Of a DNA stretch of 64,000 nt, positions 17,301 to 26,652 are shown piece after piece. The translations under genes and the position numbers were made by a program. The number at the start of each line of letters is the position of its first letter. The first letter of the stretch is position 1. The notes under the pieces were generated by a model. The model was not told the DNA's origin. It ran no database searches and worked only from the letters and a program-made list of their open reading frames with translations. The stretch lies in the sequence record LR756501.1; one strand, given 5' to 3'.

Positions 17301-19473
17301 ATAAAATTGCACCTGTTCCAAGTGACCAATCCATTGTTGGTCCACTAGTATAATCTCCTTCTGATAATATTTTAGATACCATTACAATTGTTCCAGCTAC
17401 TATTAATATCGCTAAAGCACCTATTCCCATTGTAACAAATCCACCTATTCCTAGTGTACTACCTAACAATAACATAGCACCACCAAAAGTAATCATAGAT
17501 AAACCAACTCCTTCTGCCCAATCTAAACTAGGATATTCGTCGTAACTACCTAAATTTAAAATATAAGATACTGCAACAATTGTACCAGCAACCATAAATG
17601 TGGCTAAAGCCCCTATGGCCATTGCTCCTGCCGCTAATCCGCCAGTGGCTAATATTATTCCACCTAATACCATCATTGCTCCACCGAATGCCACTAATGA
17701 TAATCCAACACCAAATGCCCAACTAACGTCTGGGTATTCGTCGTAGTTGCCTAATCCTATTATTAAACTAGTTACCATTATTGTTGCAGCGACACCTATT
17801 GTGGCTAAGGCCCCTACAGCTAAAAGTTCTGTTGCCACACCACCACTAGCTGTAAGAATTGCTCCTAATACCATCATTGATGCACCAAAAGCCACCAATG
17901 TTAATCCAACACCTAGTGCCCATCCAATAGAAGGATATTCATCGTAATTTCCAAATGATAATATCCAACTTGATGCCATAATAACCGCTGATATTCCAAG
18001 AACTGCAATAGCACCAGTAAACATTTGTTTTGCATCTAATCCCATTTTATTGACTAACCATATTGTGCCAGCGTAAGCAGCGATACTTAAACCCGCACCA
18101 AGTGCCCAACTCACATCAGGCACATTATTATATGTACCCAAAGATAATAACCAACTGCTTACCATGATGGCTCCTGCAGCAATAACTATATTCACTGCAG
18201 CCTTTAACATATCTTCATTCTTTATAGATTTAAGAATATATACGGCGGGAGTTATAAATAAAACAGCTAAACCAATCGCCAAACTGTTCATTATTAATAA
18301 TATAGAATCTCTGAAACTCATAAGTTTCATTCCACTTAATATCCAACTTGCTGCTACTAATCCTACTGATAAGGCTATAACTAAAGCCATAACACCTACG
18401 ACTTCTTTAAGTGTAAATTCTTTCATTTTGTCTATAACAGGTTTCATTAGATAAACTAATACTCCAAGAGTTACTGCGGTGAAAACTGCACTTATCATTT
18501 GTCCAAATGATAAAGGCATAATACCTTTTAATATGAAGGAAGATGCCACTAATCCTACGGCCATTGCTGGTAACATAACTGCCAATAAGAAGAATTTACC
18601 AATGTCTTTTGATTCTATTTTTGTTTTCTCAACTGCTTTAGCCATTATGTATAATGATGTACCTACTGCTGTAGCAACAAATATTGTAGTCATAACTTGA
18701 GCAAAAGTCATAGGTACTATTCTAGCCAATATTAAACTTGATACCGCTAATCCTATAGCAATAAGAGGAAGAATAATAGGAAGCATAGCCAATTTTAAAT
18801 AATCTTTAGGTTCTAAATTCGCTTTCCTCACGGCGTAAACCATTAATACTAATGAAGTCCCTAAAGCACCAGCAGTGAATACAAGAGACGCTGCCTGTGC
18901 CAAAGATAATGTCGCGGCTAGGGCGAGGGCCCAGCTGGACACAGTAAGCCCCATAGCCATAATAACCATCATAGCGCTAGTATTAACCACGTCACCAGTG
19001 GTCATGCCCTCCGTGGCAGCGGCAATTAAAACAAACGCTCCAGTAATAAATACGATTGATAATCCTATAGCGACAACAGATAAGAAATTAACTGGTGCTA
19101 TAAGCTTGAATGCCATACCTATAGCGAGAACACCAGCGGCGATAAGAGTGATCACTTTAACTGCGTCAAGAATTTTTCTTTTGTTATCAACGTCAGCGAC
19201 GTCACCGAACATGCCGGTCTCTTTAGCTTTTCTATTGGCTTTAATTTCTGCTAAGATTTTATCGTTTTGGGATTCTATTTTCTTTGTGGATTTAAGAACC
19301 ATTTCCATGTTTTTAACGATACCACTTAGTTTATCGTCCATGTTAGATAACATTTTATTAACGTTATCAACGTTCTTTTTACCTACATCTTGTTGAAGTA
19401 GTTCTACTATGTTTCCTAGGGCTTTATTGAAATCCTGAAGATTTCTTACAAATCTTTCGTCTAATGCTGGCAT
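14398..19473 (-). CDS. Tape-measure-like large protein
   Basis: 1691 aa, Ala/Gly-rich, many hydrophobic helices, periodic Trp (P..W..GVG..I..F) repeats. Confidence 0.62.
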   Translation of the reverse strand: MPALDERFVRNLQDFNKALGNIVELLQQDVGKKNVDNVNKMLSNMDDKLSGIVKNMEMVLKSTKKIESQNDKILAEIKANRKAKETGMFGDVADVDNKRKILDAVKVITLIAAGVLAIGMAFKLIAPVNFLSVVAIGLSIVFITGAFVLIAAATEGMTTGDVVNTSAMMVIMAMGLTVSSWALALAATLSLAQAASLVFTAGALGTSLVLMVYAVRKANLEPKDYLKLAMLPIILPLIAIGLAVSSLILARIVPMTFAQVMTTIFVATAVGTSLYIMAKAVEKTKIESKDIGKFFLLAVMLPAMAVGLVASSFILKGIMPLSFGQMISAVFTAVTLGVLVYLMKPVIDKMKEFTLKEVVGVMALVIALSVGLVAASWILSGMKLMSFRDSILLIMNSLAIGLAVLFITPAVYILKSIKNEDMLKAAVNIVIAAGAIMVSSWLLSLGTYNNVPDVSWALGAGLSIAAYAGTIWLVNKMGLDAKQMFTGAIAVLGISAVIMASSWILSFGNYDEYPSIGWALGVGLTLVAFGASMMVLGAILTASGGVATELLAVGALATIGVAATIMVTSLIIGLGNYDEYPDVSWAFGVGLSLVAFGGAMMVLGGIILATGGLAAGAMAIGALATFMVAGTIVAVSYILNLGSYDEYPSLDWAEGVGLSMITFGGAMLLLGSTLGIGGFVTMGIGALAILIVAGTIVMVSKILSEGDYTSGPTMDWSLGTGAILLAVGMSTILFSALLPFILLGGWSMKKVAETIVEVSNILAGGNYIGGPTEAWAKGVGGSIQAFALGLAALSESDSLLGAIFGQDQGQKIIDIANAMVIANQALSSVSWSNNYPSEGWAKGVGGSILAFAKGMAALDEAGVDPGLEFMLYVYTLCHGIIMAAKILNEFEWNKIKNYPSEGWAKGVGDAINAFAKPLTDFEKESGFFSDDLVTGIKKLARGLVAAAEIINDYDWSKAKNYPSAGWTTGVGNALEKFVKNLVEIEKNDVGRGDLRILKMTIRAMIAAAEDFADLEQDVWKKGPTDTWATGVGNAINVFVKYLAEIEKKDIGKGDIRNLSRIISQMIDAAEDFAEVKSEVWKKGPPTTWSAGVGEAISTFVKYLIEIEKKDIGKGEIKNLSRIINQMIEAAKDFGRVDAAIWKKGPPTTWSTGVGEAIGAFVKYLIEIEKNDLDEDSLDNLDNIIVSMIKAARSFGRIEADVWKKGPTATWSDNVGRAIGTFVNYIIETQKNDFDSDALDGVIISMIRAARSFATVTPDVWLKGPPITWVNNISMAIGTFVKYIIEIQNNEFDSDALDGVIISMIRAARSFATVTPDVWLKGPPVTWVNNISMAIGTFVKYIIEIQKNDFDSDALDEVVTSIIMSAKSFATVNPDVWLKGPTATWSDNVGMAIGTFVKYIIEIQNNEFDSDALDGVIISMIKAARSFATVTPDVWLKGPPITWAEGIEKTISAFTNSVNLLKGTDDFGAMDQVGDAIISFAKKMVSLEDNKELFIKGGIFDTFSDSMKKLSDSLPNSVGMADGLDSLGEALLKISSMGTTTGESIRMLAKSMVEFGDALKNVDMSAFDKLSKFSSGIMVLSLIDEEKLNDAISIIDKKRNDIKAILSDNSTVKSKETVGGETTIEGKASEETETTGRDKFYTELLAYVKNLDANVTKIATQEPKPEEEKPEDKPVAKPKAGVGSSQTNTTHD
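15150..15870 (-). repeat. About four near-identical 174-bp (58-aa) coding tandem repeats
   Basis: WLKGPPITWVNNISMAIGTFVKYIIEIQNNEFDSDALDGVIISMIRAARSFATVTPDV unit; more diverged 61-aa units extend to about 16430. Confidence 0.9.
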
Positions 19474-19495
19474 TAAAAAGGCTACGTTTTATTTT

Positions 19496-19504
19496 TATAT
19501 ATTA
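19496..19504 (-). promoter_or_regulatory. Putative late promoter element TAATATATA (representative copy)
   Basis: The same TAATATATA/TTTATATATA motif precedes many gene starts: 2530, 2981, 14362, 22907, 22940, 26587, 28231, 28976, 35533, 39929, 42215, 46039, 54809, 59718, 62815. It resembles the T4 late promoter TATAAATA. Confidence 0.55.
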
Positions 19505-19537
19505 AAAACGCAGCCTTCTATTTTGTAAAATATTGTT

Positions 19538-19741
19538 CTATTTTGCCATATCAGTTCCTAACCATACTCCAGATATAAATGTTAAAGTAGATTGCCAACC
19601 CATATCATTGTTATTTGTGTTGAATATATTGAATCCGTTGAAATTAACATATATTCTATCACCTCTACCGTCAACTGATATTTGATTTTTACCAGCATTT
19701 ATTTTATTTACTATCATTCTAACTTGGTCTGTTGTTTCCAT
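19538..19741 (-). CDS. Hypothetical protein
   Basis: 67-aa ORF, coupled to upstream gene. Confidence 0.55.
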   Translation of the reverse strand: METTDQVRMIVNKINAGKNQISVDGRGDRIYVNFNGFNIFNTNNNDMGWQSTLTFISGVWLGTDMAK

Positions 19742-20157
19742 TATAAATAATTTTGTTTATGTCTTGCTATTTCGCTTTGAAGATTTTTAATCTCGTCGTC
19801 CAAAACCTTTAGTTTTTGTTGTTGAATTTTAATTTTTTCTTGTTGATCATTCACAAACACCTTTAATTTCTGAGCATTTTGTGGATCACCAGGATTATTA
19901 GGTGCTAAATCTCTTTGAGCACCTTGTAAATTAATAATCTCCTGATTAACTATTTTCTTTTGGTTATTAAGATCAAGAATTCTTTGTTGTACGTCAGTCA
20001 CTTTTAATGTAGCGTTCTTTTGAATACCAGCATTTTGTTGTTGTGGTTGGTTAGGGTTAGGTTGTTGAGCGTCAGTTTTTTCTATACCTAGATCAAGATT
20101 ATTTTTCATATCTTGTGAAGTTACCATTTCGTTAAACTGATCAAATTTAGTTATCAA
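19741..20157 (-). CDS. Gln-rich coiled-coil protein with capsid-targeting-like N-terminus
   Basis: MITKFDQFNE start; Q/N-rich coiled coil. Confidence 0.65.
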   Translation of the reverse strand: MITKFDQFNEMVTSQDMKNNLDLGIEKTDAQQPNPNQPQQQNAGIQKNATLKVTDVQQRILDLNNQKKIVNQEIINLQGAQRDLAPNNPGDPQNAQKLKVFVNDQQEKIKIQQQKLKVLDDEIKNLQSEIARHKQNYL

Positions 20158-20175
20158 TGTTTTAGTTATTATTTT

Positions 20176-20796
20176 TTATTCAACACTCAATACTGTATAT
20201 GTTTTTGAAAAAACTGGTTTTTGTTTAGAATTTGTTATAAAATCCATGTTATCATAAAAATAAAACCAAGTTAAATTCTTATTATCTTTATCTTTAAATG
20301 ATTGGAAAAAGATAGGTTTTGGTGGAGCAGGTTTTGCTGGCTGTTTTGTATTTGGATCTATTATAGTGCCACTACTTTGTTGATCTGTTAGAAGTAATGA
20401 TATCTCTTCTATATTTGATTTTAAAAGTTTACAAAATTTCTTTTTCCCTGATGCTACTACTTGTGCCTTAATATCAATATTAGGTTTCAACTTAATGTCT
20501 ATTGCTTGACCCGCTCTAAAATTCTGAATTTTTAATGTTAATGGATCAGACTGCTGCTGTGTAGTGTTACCGGAAGGTTTATATTTACTTATAAATGTTG
20601 CTATAAGATTTTCCATATTTGTTTTTTCAACTGGTGTACCTGGAGCAGGAGCTGGAACAGGTTTCTTTTTAGCAACAGGAGCTGGGGCACCAGCAGGATT
20701 TGCTGGATCAGGAGGAGCCACCTGAGTAGCTACTTGATTTAGATTAGCTGTACCTTCTGTTAATTTATCATCTATAAATTGAGTAAACTTCAACAT
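20176..20796 (-). CDS. Hypothetical putative virion protein
   Basis: MLKFTQFIDDKLTE start; Pro/Ala linker. Confidence 0.65.
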   Translation of the reverse strand: MLKFTQFIDDKLTEGTANLNQVATQVAPPDPANPAGAPAPVAKKKPVPAPAPGTPVEKTNMENLIATFISKYKPSGNTTQQQSDPLTLKIQNFRAGQAIDIKLKPNIDIKAQVVASGKKKFCKLLKSNIEEISLLLTDQQSSGTIIDPNTKQPAKPAPPKPIFFQSFKDKDNKNLTWFYFYDNMDFITNSKQKPVFSKTYTVLSVE

Positions 20797-20806
20797 TTTT
20801 TATTTA

Positions 20807-22873
20807 TTAATTTTTTAGTTGTATTATTGCTTTATAAGGATCTTGATTGATACATGGTTGTGTAGTCATATATTTAGATAATGTAACTTGTCCAGATGCT
20901 GGAAAATATGTATCGAACCAACCTTGTTCAATTTCGTAAACTTCACCAAATTCCATTCTCAACATTACACTAGCAGTTGACGTTTTAACTTTATCAACAG
21001 CAACATCTTTTAAACTTCCACTATGTAAACATTTCAGTCCGAATTTATCAGCACCTCCTTTAGGACCTTGGAATGCTCCATTTGATTGTGTACTATCAAT
21101 AAAAAGATATAAAAGCCTAACGTTCTTATTTACTGGACTAGCAGCGTAGGAATTTATTCTCTGGTAACCAGTATCAGATAAATAAAGAGAATCAAAAATA
21201 TAATTATTTAATACTGGTACTGGTTTTAATTTCATAAGATTAATGGCTGCAGTATCCGAATCAGTTGTTGTGGCTCCCCAAACAGGTGTAACAAAATTAT
21301 GTGCGTTATTCTTAAAGTCAGACTTATCGTATTCTTTATCTGTTAAAATCTTTTGGAAATTTATACAACCCAAATATTTATATACTTGAGTATTTCCTTC
21401 TGACTTTATTTTAAAGACTGGGTAAAATAAAACACCGTTATGATTTACTGTATAAACAAAAAGTCCCCCTTCATTCACTATATCAGCATTACCTTGTGGC
21501 TTTATTCCCAATTTTGTTTTCTGACTAGCGAGTGCAGTAGAATTAGATAAGGCAGCGGTAGAAGCAGCGTAATTTAATACTGTTGGATCAGTCGAATATT
21601 TACCTCTAGCCCTCATAGCGTCTGTTAAATTTAACAATTTAAAAGGATCTAAAGCTTCCTCTACATCTAGAAAATTTACGAATTCGCTTTTTACAAATTC
21701 TACTTTCTTTTCCCATGATGTTTTCAATTGTGTATCTTCATCGTAATCCACTTTTCCACCAGCACCAGGATTTACTCCAACATTGTCTGGTGTTTTTTTA
21801 GTGTGAAAAATAATTCTAGATACAGCGTATTGTATCTTCTTAACACCATCTTTATTCACGTACTTAGAAGCCTCAGTTTTGTAACTTCCCTCACCAGTCC
21901 CCTTAGAAGCAAACAATTTTTGCAACTCTGTAAAATTTATTTTATTCACGTCGTCAATGCCTTGATCTTTTAACCATTGAAAAATATTTACTTTCATGGC
22001 TGGGGCACCTGGTTCAGTTAATTGATCGCCAAGCATTTGCGTTATACCAACTGATTTATTTAAACTACTAGTTATAGCTTCTTCGATTAAATCATATTCA
22101 GAGTAATTAAAATTATCCAGTAGTGGAACAATTTCATTTGTGGCTTTATCTTTTATAGTTTGTTCAGGAGAAGAAGCAAATCCTTTTAAAAGATTTTTCT
22201 CGTTATCTGTACCCTTATAAGTTGTACATTTTTTAGCTGAATCACTTTCTAAAAAAGCTTTAATGGCGTCTAAAAGTGGAATCACTTTGGTGGCTTCAGT
22301 TGAACCAGTAGTTAAAGCTGCTAGTTCTCTGAATTTATCATTTATAGCTCTTTTATCAGCACAGCATTTAATCATATTATTAGAAAAATCTAGATGTTCT
22401 TGTGCTTGATTTTTAACATCGTCCTGTGTGTTTGGATCAGCAATTATAGCTTGTAAAGTGGTAACATATTGTTTAAAATTATTCTCGTGTGAATAAATAG
22501 TATTACCATTTGAATCTATAATATAATCTATTGCTAAAATTCTACAATATTCTTGTTCATGTGGATCAGCAGTTGGTAAAGGAGGATCGTCTGGTTGTGG
22601 TGTTGGTGTAGCTGGTCCCACACCAGTTTGAAGATTTATCTCTTTTAAAGCACAAAAACGTAAAAGTCCCGCAAAATATTCATTTTCCAATTTTCTTTTA
22701 TAATATTCTAATTTACCAAGATTTATACCTTTCTGGAAATATCTCAATATTCCAAAAACTGCTCTACCAACAAGAGACTCTTTGAAACCCGTATTATTAC
22801 TAAATTCGTTTGGCACAGAAGCCTCTAATATTTTTTTAAATTCTTCAAATGGTGTTATATTCTTAAGGTCCAT
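20807..22873 (-). CDS. Large hypothetical putative virion protein
   Basis: 688 aa; MDLKNITPFEEFKKILEA start. Confidence 0.7.
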   Translation of the reverse strand: MDLKNITPFEEFKKILEASVPNEFSNNTGFKESLVGRAVFGILRYFQKGINLGKLEYYKRKLENEYFAGLLRFCALKEINLQTGVGPATPTPQPDDPPLPTADPHEQEYCRILAIDYIIDSNGNTIYSHENNFKQYVTTLQAIIADPNTQDDVKNQAQEHLDFSNNMIKCCADKRAINDKFRELAALTTGSTEATKVIPLLDAIKAFLESDSAKKCTTYKGTDNEKNLLKGFASSPEQTIKDKATNEIVPLLDNFNYSEYDLIEEAITSSLNKSVGITQMLGDQLTEPGAPAMKVNIFQWLKDQGIDDVNKINFTELQKLFASKGTGEGSYKTEASKYVNKDGVKKIQYAVSRIIFHTKKTPDNVGVNPGAGGKVDYDEDTQLKTSWEKKVEFVKSEFVNFLDVEEALDPFKLLNLTDAMRARGKYSTDPTVLNYAASTAALSNSTALASQKTKLGIKPQGNADIVNEGGLFVYTVNHNGVLFYPVFKIKSEGNTQVYKYLGCINFQKILTDKEYDKSDFKNNAHNFVTPVWGATTTDSDTAAINLMKLKPVPVLNNYIFDSLYLSDTGYQRINSYAASPVNKNVRLLYLFIDSTQSNGAFQGPKGGADKFGLKCLHSGSLKDVAVDKVKTSTASVMLRMEFGEVYEIEQGWFDTYFPASGQVTLSKYMTTQPCINQDPYKAIIQLKN

Positions 22874-22970
22874 ATTTATTTCTTATTTTAGCGGTTTAAT
22901 TTCTTATATATATTAAAAATATTTTTCCATTTTTCAGTTTTTATATATACCAAAAAAAGAAGAATATCCG

Positions 22971-23786
22971 TTGATAACTAAATTCAATAACTATCTCAAA
23001 GAATCCAGATTAATCAAATACATTTTACAATCAGAACAACAACAACTGATACGTGAAGGATCTGAATTTAATCAATACCAGTTAGGATTAGACAACGGTT
23101 TCGGTGGGGGGGCGTTAGGAGTGGGGTATGGATTTGCCACCGACCCAGGACTTTCCATTTATTCACCTGATTCGAATCCATATGTTGATATGTATGCACG
23201 TCAGGCTGGTACAACTAGCAGATTGATGCAGATCATCAAACAAGTTTCTAAAGAAATGATGGATGATCACGTTTTCGCTAGAAAATCTGATAGATTCTTA
23301 GAAGACATCGATGAATATAAAAATATAAAAATCCTTAGAATATTTGCTAACGAAAACTTAAAACTCAACGTTTATATTTCATTTGACTTTATGGAACAAG
23401 AATTTTTTGGTGTCTTCCGTAATTTCAACTCGAGTCACATGAAACCAACTTTTGATACTGAATTATTAGGTAATCCAGCGTTCAATTATATTGATAAAGA
23501 ATACTATCTTAAACTTAATCAATATCTTTATAAGTTAGTTTATAACTTCTTTATTCCAGAAGCAGGTATGTACAAGAATTTAAAGGAAAATTGTGTAGTT
23601 AAAGACGATAATATGGGACAATTAAGATATTTAAAAGAAGGCAAAATAGTTGAAGTACTTGGTTATAACACAGATGAAAATAACGATCCTTATATCGTTC
23701 TAAAAATAGAAGACAAGAAATTTAATATCACTGGAAATAACTATTTCTATTTCAAATATTGGTTTGACCCAATTGTAGTAAAATAA
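22971..23786 (+). CDS. Hypothetical putative virion protein
   Basis: 271 aa; MITKFNNYLKES start; preceded by TTTATATATA. Confidence 0.7.
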   Translation: MITKFNNYLKESRLIKYILQSEQQQLIREGSEFNQYQLGLDNGFGGGALGVGYGFATDPGLSIYSPDSNPYVDMYARQAGTTSRLMQIIKQVSKEMMDDHVFARKSDRFLEDIDEYKNIKILRIFANENLKLNVYISFDFMEQEFFGVFRNFNSSHMKPTFDTELLGNPAFNYIDKEYYLKLNQYLYKLVYNFFIPEAGMYKNLKENCVVKDDNMGQLRYLKEGKIVEVLGYNTDENNDPYIVLKIEDKKFNITGNNYFYFKYWFDPIVVK

Positions 23787-23796
23787 ATATAAAACA

Positions 23797-24717
23797 TTGG
23801 ACTCTAAAGAATTACAAGATAAAATAGCTCAATCATTCGCAATCTTTGGAGATACTCCAATTGAGGAAAGATTGGACGATATCGAAAGAGAATTTAGACA
23901 CCTTATAAGACACGACGGACCAAAAGCCTTAAAAGAAGAAACAGGTGATTTAATTTCTAGCCTTATTCAATTATGCAACGAATACGGTTGGAGTCTCGAT
24001 GAAGTCGTTGAGGGTACAATTAAAAAAATAGATAGAAGAAAAGAACAATACGCAGCCTTAGGTAGAAGAACTGAAGTAGCTATCCTAGGTGGTGCTTTCG
24101 ATCCTGTTCATAACGGACATATTCAACTAGCCCAACACGTATTAAATAATAGTGGAATTATAGAAAAAGTTTGGATGATGCCACCATACGCTCACATGTA
24201 TGGTAAGAAAATGGCTTCTCCACAAGATAGATTCGAAATGTGTAAATTAGCATCTGAAAAAGATAGAAGAATCACAGCATTCAATTACGAAATAGAAAAT
24301 AAATTAGCGGGCGAAACTTACTTCTTCTTCAAAAAATTACTGGCAGATAAAGAATATACCGATAAAAACGAATTCTCAATGATCATAGGTTTAGATAACG
24401 CTAACTCATTCCATAAATGGGTGAACTATAAATACTTAGAAAGAATGGTTAGATTTATAGTTGTACCAAGAAAGGGTGTGGAAAGAGATCCAAAAGTTGA
24501 GTGGTATTTAAGACCTCCTCATATTTTTATGAAAGAGGAAACAGACATTATGGAAATATCTTCAACTCAAGTAAGAGAAATGTTAAAAAATGACGATCCT
24601 AATATAACTAAGTTTTTAGATCCAAAAGTTGTACAGTACATAAAAGAGCACAATCTATATGGTGCAGGTGGTGTTATTGAAAGCTACAAGAAATTTATAA
24701 GAAATGGTAAAAATTAA
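23797..24717 (+). CDS. nadD: MazG-like pyrophosphohydrolase fused to nicotinate/nicotinamide-nucleotide adenylyltransferase (NadD)
   Basis: N-terminal KEETGDLISSLIQLCNEYGWSLDEVV (MazG-like); GGAFDPVHNGH (HxGH), IIGLDNANSFHKW, ISSTQVRE (NadD). Confidence 0.88.
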   Translation: MDSKELQDKIAQSFAIFGDTPIEERLDDIEREFRHLIRHDGPKALKEETGDLISSLIQLCNEYGWSLDEVVEGTIKKIDRRKEQYAALGRRTEVAILGGAFDPVHNGHIQLAQHVLNNSGIIEKVWMMPPYAHMYGKKMASPQDRFEMCKLASEKDRRITAFNYEIENKLAGETYFFFKKLLADKEYTDKNEFSMIIGLDNANSFHKWVNYKYLERMVRFIVVPRKGVERDPKVEWYLRPPHIFMKEETDIMEISSTQVREMLKNDDPNITKFLDPKVVQYIKEHNLYGAGGVIESYKKFIRNGKN

Positions 24718-25264
24718 AAGAATATACGAATTCTTAGAATTAGAAAAGATCTATCCTTACGAAGAATATAGTAAAAAGGCTAGTATGAGTTATTATTCCT
24801 TTAATTCAGCCGATACTAAATATATTGTTCAGGTGTATATAATGAATCATGGTAAAAATGTGCCTTTTGCTAATTTAGCTTGGGCAAGTAAAGAAGATTG
24901 GAATAATTCTAATGGAAAACCGTTTTCAGATAGAACTAGTAAAACTATAAATTTAAATGATTTATTTAAAATATTAAATACAGTATTTAAAATATTTTTT
25001 GAATTTATGGATAAAAGAAATATTGAATACGGTCAAGTAGGTTCTTGTAGTAAGAGTAAATTTAAAGTATATAAGCAAATCATAGAAGAAGAAAATGATT
25101 ACGAAATAGTTAGAGAAAATTCAGAACCTTGGAATAGTACTAGAACATTATATTATATAGATTTTAAAAGAAAGAACTATATTCCAACACCACCTAAACC
25201 GAAGAATATTCCAACACCCGATCCTAAACCAAAGACAGGAATAAGAAGATTCTTCAATTTTTAA
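24704..25264 (+). CDS. Hypothetical putative virion protein
   Basis: MVKIKRIYEFLE start; Pro-rich tail. Confidence 0.65.
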   Translation: MVKIKRIYEFLELEKIYPYEEYSKKASMSYYSFNSADTKYIVQVYIMNHGKNVPFANLAWASKEDWNNSNGKPFSDRTSKTINLNDLFKILNTVFKIFFEFMDKRNIEYGQVGSCSKSKFKVYKQIIEEENDYEIVRENSEPWNSTRTLYYIDFKRKNYIPTPPKPKNIPTPDPKPKTGIRRFFNF

Positions 25265-25536
25265 TAAAAGACTCCCATAGGATCGCTTCTCCATTTTTCA
25301 CCGTCCCACTCGCCATTTATAAGTCCTCCTCCACAAATAAAAGTACACGCTTCTTTATTATATTCATTTAATCCAGAATCGTACATAGCTTGTGCGTCAT
25401 ATACATCAATTCCTTTAGAGTGTTCAAATATTAATTTTACAACTTCTCCTTTTTTAGTTCTGGGAATATATGGTTTATACTTATCTTTTACTTCTTGATA
25501 CACTCCATATAATTTTTCAATCTCCCAATTGCTCAT
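25261..25536 (-). CDS. Hypothetical protein
   Basis: 91-aa ORF. Confidence 0.55.
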   Translation of the reverse strand: MSNWEIEKLYGVYQEVKDKYKPYIPRTKKGEVVKLIFEHSKGIDVYDAQAMYDSGLNEYNKEACTFICGGGLINGEWDGEKWRSDPMGVFY

Positions 25537-25537
25537 T

Positions 25538-25942
25538 TTATGAGTTTATTTTTTCAGAGTCTTCGAATCCAGTTTTTCTTAAACTTTGGTTCTGTCCGTT
25601 TATAGTAACAGTTAGTCTATCAGCCAAAGAATTATTGAAAAACGAAGTAGGATCTACTTGCTCTACTTCCTTATACATTTGCATAAATAGTATAATAGGA
25701 ATTTTACTACCGTCATTTAAATAGTGGAAAGTATCATCGCTTCTTCTTATTGTTACGGAATAACTTGGATTTGTTTTTAAAACATACACTTTATCCACGT
25801 GCCCCATATTATTATCGTCCAAAAATTTATTTATACAGTTCTCAATAAATGAACTTTTGTTTATATTTCTTTCATCAGTAATGTGATCAAAAGCTTCGTA
25901 AAGTTTTTGATCAACTGAGTACGTTTTAGTTATTTTTGCCAT
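25538..25942 (-). CDS. Ribbon-helix-helix DNA-binding protein
   Basis: KITKTYSVDQKLYEAFDHITDERNINKSSFIENCINKFL matches the RHH/CopG pattern. Confidence 0.7.
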   Translation of the reverse strand: MAKITKTYSVDQKLYEAFDHITDERNINKSSFIENCINKFLDDNNMGHVDKVYVLKTNPSYSVTIRRSDDTFHYLNDGSKIPIILFMQMYKEVEQVDPTSFFNNSLADRLTVTINGQNQSLRKTGFEDSEKINS

Positions 25943-25961
25943 TTCTTTTTATAATTATTTT

Positions 25962-26288
25962 TTACATATATGCTCCATCTGGAACATGAATTGGTTTACT
26001 CCTCAAAAGAACACAATCGTGATCGTAATCTTTATCTTCTAAAGTAAAAGGTAATTTTTCACCACCATTCTTCAATATTATATCATACGGTTTTTGAAAA
26101 TCAAATGTTTCTATTTCAAGAACTTTATTATCGTAATCTTTCCATTCAAAATTAATATCATTAACCAATAACTCAATAGTCATATTTATCAGTTGCGTTT
26201 CATTAGCTCTATAATATCCACACATCTTCATAGCGTAAGGATTAATATCCTCATTTAATCTTTTAAAATCGTCCCATTTACTAATCAT
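25962..26288 (-). CDS. Hypothetical putative virion protein
   Basis: MISKWDDFKRLNE start. Confidence 0.6.
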   Translation of the reverse strand: MISKWDDFKRLNEDINPYAMKMCGYYRANETQLINMTIELLVNDINFEWKDYDNKVLEIETFDFQKPYDIILKNGGEKLPFTLEDKDYDHDCVLLRSKPIHVPDGAYM

Positions 26289-26289
26289 T

Positions 26290-26568
26290 TTAACTATTTA
26301 TTTTTTCAGCGTTACTATTATCCCACATAGCCCCACTATTCTCAACAGAAGGACCTTGAAATTTTTCAACTTCTGACTTTACACCTTCTATATTCATCAT
26401 AGCAGTACATTCAATAGGGAAACATAACATATTATAATCAGGTCTCTTTCTGAATAAAGTTATATCAACTTTGATATATTCATATTCATCACCATACATC
26501 TCGTAAAGTTTCTTGTAGAGCTTTTCCTTTAAGTCGGAAACATTATTCTCCATTTCTTGATATTCCAT
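26290..26568 (-). CDS. Hypothetical protein
   Basis: 92-aa ORF preceded by TAATATATA. Confidence 0.6.
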   Translation of the reverse strand: MEYQEMENNVSDLKEKLYKKLYEMYGDEYEYIKVDITLFRKRPDYNMLCFPIECTAMMNIEGVKSEVEKFQGPSVENSGAMWDNSNAEKINS

Positions 26569-26652
26569 AATAACAATTTTTATTCGTATATATTAAATAA
26601 AAAATGTCAGAAATGTCAGAAATGATAAAAAAGTGAAAAATAATTAAAAAAA

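Noticed and set aside
15152-19396. Plus-strand ORFs (15152..15790, 18875..19396 and others) opposite the tape-measure-like gene
   Set aside because: Antisense shadows of a hydrophobic, repetitive gene, with no recognisable motifs
26602-26624. AAATGTCAG tandem repeat (2.5 copies) near a promoter-like motif
   Set aside because: Too short and a single occurrence; it could be an operator but this is unsupported
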